Source: Candidatus Nitrospira inopinata (lineage in GTDB: Bacteria; Nitrospirota; Nitrospiria; Nitrospirales; Nitrospiraceae). From it: a DNA stretch of 32,000 bases. Location of the stretch: positions 1,530,001 to 1,562,000 of the forward strand of contig NZ_LN885086.1 of assembly GCF_001458695.1 (NCBI RefSeq), given 5' to 3'. Positions 16,360 through 22,598 of the stretch are shown piece by piece (the first letter of the stretch is position 1; every line of letters begins with the position of its first letter). The notes under the pieces were generated by a model. It was not told where the DNA came from. It searched no databases and saw nothing but the letters and a program-made list of their open reading frames with translations. The translations under genes and the position numbers were made by a program.

Positions 16360-17037
16360 CTATTTGGTCTGCAGAAAGGCCAGCACCGCTTCCACTCGCC
16401 CGTTGACGGAAAGTTTCCGATAGATGTGATGCAGGTGCGTTTTGACCGTATCAAGCGACACGCACAATTGGTCGGCGATTTCCTTGTTGGTGCGGCCCAT
16501 GGCTGCGCAGGCCAAGATTTCACGTTCCCGTTCGGTCAGGCCGGACAACGAGGCCGTTTCATGGGGATGGGTCTGCTCGACCGCCGCCAACGCGCGCCGT
16601 GCGAAATGATCCGGGGTAAACGGCGAGAGCAGATGTTCCCCCCGGTGGGCGGCGCGAATGCAGCGCAAGAGGTCATCAGAGTCCGCGTCCTTGAGGATAT
16701 AGCCGAACGCGCCGGCTTGCACGGCTTCGACGATGCGCGCGTCGTCGTCATCGGCCGACAGCACCAACACCCTGGTGTCGGGCACGCACCCGTGAATCAA
16801 TTTGGTGGCCGTGACCCCGTCGCGGCTCGGCGTGTCCAGGTCGATCAGCGCGAGGTCGGGTTTGTGGGCCATGGCCAGATTCAGCGCCTCGCGTCCGTCA
16901 GCCGCCTCGGCGACGACACGGATATCTCGTTCCCTTTCCAGGAGCGCGCGCAGACTTCGTCTTATCAGGCGGTATCGTTCGGCCAGCAGCAGCCGAATCG
17001 ACACCGCCCGCTCTTTTTTGGAGGGCTCTCGGATCAT
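16360..17037 (-). CDS. NarL/LuxR-family response regulator (REC + LuxR HTH), orphan
   Basis: The REC domain has the phospho-acceptor context LALIDLDTP, LVLSAD and GYILKD. The HTH reads LTEREREILACAAMGRTNKEIADQLCVSLDTVKTHLHHIYRKL. The usual N-terminal acidic pair DD reads AE (LLLAERYRLIR). Start is ATG 17037 (or TTG 17040). No histidine kinase is in the window. Confidence 0.9.
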   Translation of the reverse strand: MIREPSKKERAVSIRLLLAERYRLIRRSLRALLERERDIRVVAEAADGREALNLAMAHKPDLALIDLDTPSRDGVTATKLIHGCVPDTRVLVLSADDDDARIVEAVQAGAFGYILKDADSDDLLRCIRAAHRGEHLLSPFTPDHFARRALAAVEQTHPHETASLSGLTEREREILACAAMGRTNKEIADQLCVSLDTVKTHLHHIYRKLSVNGRVEAVLAFLQTK

Positions 17038-17055
17038 CAAGCGCTCATCACGGAC

Positions 17056-17229
17056 TTACGCGGCTTGGCGATGCCCGCCGCCGACATGTCCGACCGCCGT
17101 CCCCTCGACGGCTTCTCCCTCCGGAGGAAGTCGCCGCGTTCCTCTGGAGGCCGAGAACATGACGCAAGCAAGGGTCAAGCCCACCAGAATGACGAGGGCT
17201 CCGACGATTCCCCAATATCCCCACGACAT
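17056..17229 (-). CDS. 57-aa single-TM micro-protein (below the track's apparent size cut-off)
   Basis: The minus strand reads GAGGGGGTGATTT-ATG. The peptide is MSWGYWGIVGALVILVGLTLACVMFSASRGTRRLPPEGEAVEGTAVGHVGGGHRQAA. It sits between the 2-TM protein and the response regulator on the same strand. Confidence 0.5.
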   Translation of the reverse strand: MSWGYWGIVGALVILVGLTLACVMFSASRGTRRLPPEGEAVEGTAVGHVGGGHRQAA

Positions 17230-17271
17230 AAATCACCCCCTCGCGTCCGAATGACGCGAGTCCTTTTCGTG

Positions 17272-18225
17272 TCATGACGCCATGCGGTAGACCCACCGAG
17301 AGGCGTCGTGTTGCGCCTTGGCGAGTTCCTTTTCTTCTCTGCTTCGAGCCGCCCAGGACAGGCCGACTGCGAAGATCGCCGCCAGGATGCAGGCGGCGGC
17401 GACGAGATAGACGAACGGAACGTCGAGCCAGGCGGTCGATCGCTCGGATGCAACCGAGGCCGTGGCCGGAACCGCCACGACGGCCGTGATTGGAACGGCA
17501 CGATCGGCCACAGCTTGCGCGCGGGCGGCCGCGAAGACGAGGCTTCCCATCTTTTCTTGCTGCATGGCTCGGACCTGCTCGGCTTCCAGTTGAGCCAGCG
17601 CCAACTGAACCAGCGCCGCGCCCAGCCGTTCCTGAATCGCTTCGGCCTGCTTGCGATGGGCCCGGATGGCCTCAACGATGCGGTTTCCCAGTGTCACTTG
17701 CCACGTGGAAAAGAATTGGTGATTCATCATGTCTCTCCGAGCCTCGACGAGACCAATCATCTTGCTGTTGAAGGTTGAATGGAGCTGATCCGCCGACACA
17801 AGGCCGGCTCGCACGCCTCGGCCGGTGAAATTGACGATTGCGCGCCCCATCACTTCTTGGATTCGCCCCATGTGCTGGGCGGGGATTGTTGCCGCGTCGT
17901 GGATGACGGCTCCGAGTGGCCCGCCGGGCCTCGACACAAACTCCTCGTAGGCGAGCGTGGCTCGGTTCCATTCGGCTGCGGCCAGGGAAATGGCTCGGTT
18001 GACTCTACGCTCGAAGAGCGTCTGTTCGACGACGGCCTGCCCTATCGCCGGCTGGAGCCAGACCATCCCGGAATTCAAGCCTACGGATTGCTCAAAAGGA
18101 GAAGGTTGCGGAAGAGTCATCTGATATGTACCGCCGGCTGCGGCAAAGAACAACAACGCCCCGAACAGAATCGCGCACATACCGACGCCGACGGCGACGT
18201 CGATGGTGTTGTAACGGTAAGACAT
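17272..18225 (-). CDS. hypothetical membrane protein with N- and C-terminal TM helices flanking a ~230-aa helical domain
   Basis: I chose internal ATG 18225 because it follows AAGGAGG (track ORF starts at 18255). TM1 is VAVGVGMCAILFGALLFFAAA and the C-terminal TM is VPFVYLVAAACILAAIFAVGL. I recognise no family. Confidence 0.7.
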   Translation of the reverse strand: MSYRYNTIDVAVGVGMCAILFGALLFFAAAGGTYQMTLPQPSPFEQSVGLNSGMVWLQPAIGQAVVEQTLFERRVNRAISLAAAEWNRATLAYEEFVSRPGGPLGAVIHDAATIPAQHMGRIQEVMGRAIVNFTGRGVRAGLVSADQLHSTFNSKMIGLVEARRDMMNHQFFSTWQVTLGNRIVEAIRAHRKQAEAIQERLGAALVQLALAQLEAEQVRAMQQEKMGSLVFAAARAQAVADRAVPITAVVAVPATASVASERSTAWLDVPFVYLVAAACILAAIFAVGLSWAARSREEKELAKAQHDASRWVYRMAS

Positions 18226-18585
18226 AGAGACCTCCTTGCCACCGGCAACGATCACTCGTGTGGCTGCGAGTTGCTCGGACGATCAATCGAGGAGTCCGTT
18301 AAAGGCGCCTCTTTTCGATTGTCAGTGGAAGAAAGAGAAAAGAAGACGGAGAGGAAGTTGCACCTGCCACGTCCGTCCTGTTCGATCCCTGCGTCACGGA
18401 GGATCATGGCGACCACCCCCCTGAAAATAGACGGGCGGCACAGGTTCACTCTACGCCCCCTGGTCATGGCGGTCAAGGGGGGCGAATGCCTGGATTGTCG
18501 CTGGGAGAAAGAATCGAGAGTTGGTTGCTTGTGAGGGCTTATCTTATGAGGGGCAGGAGACGGCCCTCTCAACCCAAGAGATCTC

Positions 18586-18615
18586 TTGACAAGGCCCCGA
18601 TAGGGGAACGATAGT
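18586..18615 (+). promoter_or_regulatory. candidate sigma70 promoter for the 18737-20948 operon
   Basis: -35 TTGACA (18586-18591), an 18-nt spacer, then -10 GATAGT (18610-18615). The -10 lies inside the first copy of an 11-bp direct repeat. Confidence 0.35.
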
Positions 18616-18631
18616 TGCCGACGATAGTTGC
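18608..18631. repeat. 11-bp direct repeat acgatagttgc x2 (13-bp period) over the candidate -10/+1 region
   Basis: Copies lie at 18608-18618 and 18621-18631, both perfect. Confidence 0.9.
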
Positions 18632-18736
18632 AGATGTTGTTTGCGAGCAAGCAAGCAAGTCTGAAAAATCCATACTTCTCTACGGATCGGTGGTCCGATT
18701 CCAGTCACCGCTGGACCAGGTTGACAGGGGGGAGAG

Positions 18737-19294
18737 ATGGACCAAAGGCGGACAATCGTTCTCGTCGGCATCATCATCGTCGCAGCGGCATTCCGACTGC
18801 TTCCCCATCCGCCAAATGTGACGCCGATTGAAGCGTTGGCCTTGTTCGGAGGCGCCGTCTTTGCCGACAAGCGAGCGGCGTTTCTGGTGCCATTGACGGC
18901 CTTGTTGATTAGTGACCTTGCCGTTGGTCTGATCAGCGGAAATCTGTCGTTGGGGCTCCACAGGCTGCTCCCCGTCGTGTACGGGAGCTTCGCCCTGATG
19001 GTGTGTCTCGGGTTTTGGCTGCGTCGGCGGCGTCGAGTCTTGCCGATTGCCGGGGCGACGGTGACGGGATCGACGGTATTCTTTGTGCTGACCAACGTCG
19101 GCGTCTGGGCACTGGCCGATCTTTATCCCAAGAGCTGGGATGGGCTGATCGCCTGTTACATCGCCGCTATTGCATTCTTCCACCATACGGTGCTCGGCGA
19201 TGCGCGCTATGTCTCTCTGCTGTTCGGCGGGTTGGCGCTTGTCGAGAGAGGCTGGCCGCTTGTGCGCGAGCCGGAGCTCAGTTCGGCTCGATAG
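18737..19294 (+). CDS. small polytopic membrane protein (about 6 TM helices), DUF6580-like / ECF S-component-like
   Basis: SD GGGGGGAGAG precedes the ATG. The N-terminal signature RLLPHPPNVTPIEALALFGGAVF matches my recollection of the uncharacterised family with R(L/I)xPHxPNFxPIxAxALFGG. Confidence 0.65.
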   Translation: MDQRRTIVLVGIIIVAAAFRLLPHPPNVTPIEALALFGGAVFADKRAAFLVPLTALLISDLAVGLISGNLSLGLHRLLPVVYGSFALMVCLGFWLRRRRRVLPIAGATVTGSTVFFVLTNVGVWALADLYPKSWDGLIACYIAAIAFFHHTVLGDARYVSLLFGGLALVERGWPLVREPELSSAR

Positions 19295-19302
19295 GAGGTG
19301 CA

Positions 19303-20256
19303 ATGAGGATTGTCTCGCTGCTCCCCAGTGCGACGGAGATGATTTGCGCGCTTAGATTGGAAGCACATTTGGTCGGGGTCACCCACGAGTGCGATTTCCC
19401 ACCGTTCGTGATCACTGTACCCAAGGTCACGCACACCTTGATTCCAACAGATTCATCCAGCGCCGACATCGATCGACTGGTCCGCGAGCAGTTGCGGACG
19501 ACACAAGCTCTGTACCGCCTTGACTTTCCAACGTTGGAACAATTGCGTCCCGACCTGATCGTCACGCAAGCCTTGTGCGATGTCTGCGCGGTGGCCGAGG
19601 ACGAGGTTCGTTCTGCCGCCTGTGCTCTTCCCGGAACGCCTCAGGTTGTCAGTTTGGAGCCGCAAGCCCTTTCGGAGGTCTTCGACGCCATCCGCCATCT
19701 TGCCGAGATCACGGGAGTTCGGCAGCGGGGTGAGGAAGTGGTCCATGGGTTGAAGGCCAGGGTAGAGGCAGTCGCCATCAAAAGCGCGGGGCTTCAATAC
19801 CGACCGCGCGTCGCATTGCTGGAATGGCTCGATCCGCCGTTCTCCAGTGGACATTGGGGCCCGGAGTTGGTCCGATTGGCGGGCGGCGTGGAAGGGTTAG
19901 GCCGCGAGGGGCAACGGTCAAGAACCTTACATTGGGATGAAGTGATGGAGTGGCAGCCGGAGGTGATCGTCATCGCCTGTTGCGGCTTCTCCGTGGAACG
20001 GACCTTGGCGGACCTTCCTCGGCTGTGGGCCGTGCCGGGCTGGTCGACGTTGCCGGCTGTTCGATCAGACCGCGTGTATGTGGTGGACGGATCGCAGTAT
20101 TTTAGCCGTCCAGGTCCTCGGCTGGTCGATAGTCTGGAGATCTTGGCCCATGCGCTTCATCCGGACGTCCATCCATTGCCGCATGGATTGCCGCCGCCTC
20201 TTCGTGTGGAGCGGTCGATGAGGGCAAGCCACGGTTCCAAGGCCCAAGTCGGATGA
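19303..20256 (+). CDS. BtuF-like (Peripla_BP_2 family) cobalamin/chelate-binding protein without a signal peptide
   Basis: ATG 19303 follows AGGAGG, which overlaps the upstream stop codon. The 100-codon N-terminal extension in the track overlaps the upstream gene. MRIVSLLPSATEMICALRLEAHLVGVTHECDFP resembles the BtuF N-terminus (..SP..TE......G....VGV....DYP). Confidence 0.8.
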   Translation: MRIVSLLPSATEMICALRLEAHLVGVTHECDFPPFVITVPKVTHTLIPTDSSSADIDRLVREQLRTTQALYRLDFPTLEQLRPDLIVTQALCDVCAVAEDEVRSAACALPGTPQVVSLEPQALSEVFDAIRHLAEITGVRQRGEEVVHGLKARVEAVAIKSAGLQYRPRVALLEWLDPPFSSGHWGPELVRLAGGVEGLGREGQRSRTLHWDEVMEWQPEVIVIACCGFSVERTLADLPRLWAVPGWSTLPAVRSDRVYVVDGSQYFSRPGPRLVDSLEILAHALHPDVHPLPHGLPPPLRVERSMRASHGSKAQVG

Positions 20257-20948
20257 CCCGCAGAGTCCTCCTTTCCTGGAGCTCAGGAAAAGACAGTGCC
20301 TGGACCTTGCACGTGCTGCGAGCAGAGCCGGATGTCGAGGTGATCGGTCTCTTGACGACCGTCAACACCGCCCATGGCCGGGTTTCTATGCATGCGACCA
20401 GGCTTGAAATTCTTCAAGCGCAGGCCCGCTCGGTCGGACTCCCGCTTCAGACGATTCCCCTTCCGCAACCCTGCTCCAATGAGGTCTATGAAGAAGCCAT
20501 GCGCCGTGCGATCGAAGACGGGATCAAGATCGGCGCGACGCACATCGCCTTCGGCGATCTATTGCTGGAAGACATCCGTGCGTATCGGATCAAACAGCTC
20601 GAAGGGACCGGGTTGGCTCCGCTCTTTCCACTGTGGCAGGAGCCGACGGCACTGCTGGCGCGTCGCATGGTTGATGCTGGACTCAAGGCGGTGGTGACCT
20701 GTGTGGATCTCAAGCGACTGCCTCCTTCATTTGCTGGCCGATCGTTTGACCATTCCTTTCTCGACGACCTGCCGTCCGGCGTCGATCCATGCGGCGAGAA
20801 CGGTGAGTTTCATACTTGCGTGCTCGATGGCCCGATGTTTTCCGGACCAGTGCAGGCGATGGTCGGTGAAGTCGTGGAGCGGGACGGATTCTGCTTCGCT
20901 GATCTCGTGCCGGAAGAGGATCGGGGGAGTGAACACACACCGGCTTGA
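20253..20948 (+). CDS. PP-loop ATP pyrophosphatase of the MJ0570/Dph6-related (diphthamide synthase-like) family
   Basis: An ATGA overlap joins it to the upstream gene. PP-loop LSWSSGKDS, then THIAFGDLLLEDIRAYR, PLFPLW and CGENGEFHTCVLDGPMF. Confidence 0.8.
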   Translation: MTRRVLLSWSSGKDSAWTLHVLRAEPDVEVIGLLTTVNTAHGRVSMHATRLEILQAQARSVGLPLQTIPLPQPCSNEVYEEAMRRAIEDGIKIGATHIAFGDLLLEDIRAYRIKQLEGTGLAPLFPLWQEPTALLARRMVDAGLKAVVTCVDLKRLPPSFAGRSFDHSFLDDLPSGVDPCGENGEFHTCVLDGPMFSGPVQAMVGEVVERDGFCFADLVPEEDRGSEHTPA

Positions 20949-21037
20949 CCGGAACCCCGCTGATCAACGATGTTGGATCACGGTTGGCCGCGCGTTCGTC
21001 GATTTTTAGAGACAGTGACCCAAGCGGGAAAGTTTAC

Positions 21038-21066
21038 TTGACAGGTCGCCGTACCTTCTGTATAAG
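21038..21066 (+). promoter_or_regulatory. near-consensus sigma70 promoter
   Basis: -35 TTGACA (21038-21043), a 17-nt spacer, then -10 TATAAG (21061-21066). Confidence 0.6.
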
Positions 21067-21073
21067 CCGACCA

Positions 21074-21107
21074 ATACTCAGGTTTTTTAGCGATACTCAG
21101 GTTTTTT
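21074..21107. repeat. 15-bp direct repeat atactcaggtttttt x2 (19-bp period) at the predicted +1
   Basis: Copies lie at 21074-21088 and 21093-21107, both perfect, starting 8 nt after the -10 element. Confidence 0.9.
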
Positions 21108-21152
21108 CAGTTGGTACAGTGCATCGTTCAAACAATCTTCGTGGAGGAAAGC

Positions 21153-21257
21153 ATGGATCCCAGCGGTAGTAGCGACCATAGAAGCACAGGTGGTTCATTG
21201 TCCGCCTCCACGGCCACGGGTGTTTGCCTTCCTGCTCACCTCTTCTGTTGCTCCTGA
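21153..21257 (+). CDS. candidate 34-codon micro-ORF with a Cys-rich C-terminus
   Basis: GGAGG lies 5 nt before ATG 21153. The peptide is MDPSGSSDHRSTGGSLSASTATGVCLPAHLFCCS, and TGA is at 21255-21257. It lies between the promoter and the barrel gene and falls below the track cut-off. Confidence 0.3.
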   Translation: MDPSGSSDHRSTGGSLSASTATGVCLPAHLFCCS

Positions 21258-21317
21258 CTCTTGGGTGACATGACGGCTCCTGCCCAGTCCGTGAAGGCTG
21301 GGCGGAAAGGAGTGGTC

Positions 21318-22166
21318 ATGATGCCCGTAAGTGTCTCCCCTCGCGCAAAAACGGTTGAAGGCGCGAGATCCATTTCGATTGTTCAGGCATTCGTTCTTCT
21401 TATCGTTGTGTTTGATGGGCAACAGGCACTCGCCGTCCGACCGTTTGTCACGGATGACGCCCGCATCACCTATCCGGGCCAGCTTGAGACCGAATCATGG
21501 ATTGAACTAGGAACTGCCCGTGGGCAAAAGCCGGAGTGGGGTCTCCATGTCTTGACGGGCACCACGGTCAGCGATCGGCTGGAGATCATCGCGGGTTGGA
21601 CTGGGGTCTCGTACCAGGATCGTCGGATTCATCTCGACGATCTCGTCGTGCAGCCCAAGTACCTGCTCTACCGGTCTTTCGGTGCGATCCCTTCCGTGTC
21701 GGCCGCCGTGGGGGTTCTCGCGCCGATCAGTGGCAATCGGCAGCTCTGGAACAGTTACGCGATGGTCCATGTGAGCTGGTTCTTAGACATGCCGGAAGGC
21801 AGCACCGATCCCTATGACAATGGGTTGGCGATCCATATCAACCTGGGGACCAAGTCTCAATATCACGCCGGACTGAGCGGCCGTTATACGACGAAACCCT
21901 ATTGGGGCGTAGGGTTCGAGGTGAAAACGCCGATCTCCAGGGACTTTCGCTTTCTCGGCGAAGTCTTCAACGCGGATCCATTTCATTTCGAGGGGGAATT
22001 TCCCGCGTTTCAGACCGGTTTCCGTTGGTACAAAAGCCCCAATGTGCAATGGGACGTTGTCTATGGCGGGTTTCGAAGTCCGCCTGGGGAGGAGGACCGC
22101 CCATGGAATCACACATTCCAAATCGGTTTGCGTGTGCTGTTCGACGATGTGTTTCCGTTCCGATGA
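21318..22166 (+). CDS. putative outer-membrane beta-barrel protein (MetA-pathway/transporter-like family)
   Basis: ATG 21318 follows AAAGGAG (track ORF starts at TTG 21261). The signal peptide ends ..GQQALA. The mature N-terminus VRPFVTDDARITYPGQLETESW and the alternating hydrophobic pattern are typical of small barrels. Confidence 0.6.
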   Translation: MMPVSVSPRAKTVEGARSISIVQAFVLLIVVFDGQQALAVRPFVTDDARITYPGQLETESWIELGTARGQKPEWGLHVLTGTTVSDRLEIIAGWTGVSYQDRRIHLDDLVVQPKYLLYRSFGAIPSVSAAVGVLAPISGNRQLWNSYAMVHVSWFLDMPEGSTDPYDNGLAIHINLGTKSQYHAGLSGRYTTKPYWGVGFEVKTPISRDFRFLGEVFNADPFHFEGEFPAFQTGFRWYKSPNVQWDVVYGGFRSPPGEEDRPWNHTFQIGLRVLFDDVFPFR

Positions 22167-22222
22167 CAGCGGAACATTGGAACATGGGAACATGCTTCGG
22201 AATAGGCTTCAAGGAGGGCAAC

Positions 22223-22492
22223 ATGAAAACATGCTTGTGGAAACCGGCCGTGACCCTGGCGCTGGGGATCATCTGCACCGGTTGTGGAGGATTAGACGGC
22301 ATCAGGGGTACGATCGTCACGATCGAGGGGAATCATCCGGAATATGTGGTCCGTGATGCGCGGGGCCGGGAGCGGCGCCTCTGGACGGACGAGCACACGA
22401 GAAAGGATCTGGTTGAGCTTGGCGACGAAGTCCGCGTGTTTGCCGAGAAGGACGGCTACGCGGCCTATATCATGAAGCTGGACGGTCAGTAG
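22223..22492 (+). CDS. small lipoprotein, hypothetical (89 aa)
   Basis: ATG 22223 follows AAGGAGGG. The lipobox is LALGIICTGC. The 5' part of track ORF 21902-22492 overlaps the barrel gene. Confidence 0.6.
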   Translation: MKTCLWKPAVTLALGIICTGCGGLDGIRGTIVTIEGNHPEYVVRDARGRERRLWTDEHTRKDLVELGDEVRVFAEKDGYAAYIMKLDGQ

Positions 22493-22598
22493 ACGCATGG
22501 GCATGATCGGCGAGGAGGTTGGATTTCTAGCAATTGGTCTCCGGCTGTTGGTTGAGGTGCAGGCATAACGGGATAACGGACTGACGGGAAGCGTAACC

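Noticed and set aside
16197-16523. 5' two-thirds of the 148-aa minus-strand ORF 16077-16523
   Set aside because: It overlaps the 3' end of the response-regulator gene in another frame. Only the last 39 codons, preceded by a strong SD, look like a gene.
17779-18534. 251-aa plus-strand ORF antisense to the 317-aa membrane protein, extending into the spacer
   Set aside because: It has no SD and shadow-frame composition. The minus-strand gene has a strong SD and TM helices.
18256-18736. Possible cobalamin riboswitch upstream of the membrane/BtuF-like operon
   Set aside because: I looked for the B12-box (AGCCAGGAGACCUGCC-like), GCCACUG and GGUGNAAAUCC elements. Only a loose CAGGAGACGGCC exists at 18554-18565, in the wrong position. 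The leader downstream of the candidate promoter is only about 115 nt. I cannot support a riboswitch without cmscan.
19003-19302. 100-codon N-terminal extension of the BtuF-like ORF
   Set aside because: It overlaps the upstream membrane-protein gene in another frame and is Arg/Cys/Ala-rich. The internal ATG 19303 has a perfect AGGAGG SD and begins exactly at the conserved family N-terminus.
20945-21169. 74-aa plus-strand ORF across the 21038 promoter and the 15-bp repeats
   Set aside because: It would have to be translated through a consensus promoter and a duplicated T-rich repeat. It has no SD and an odd composition.
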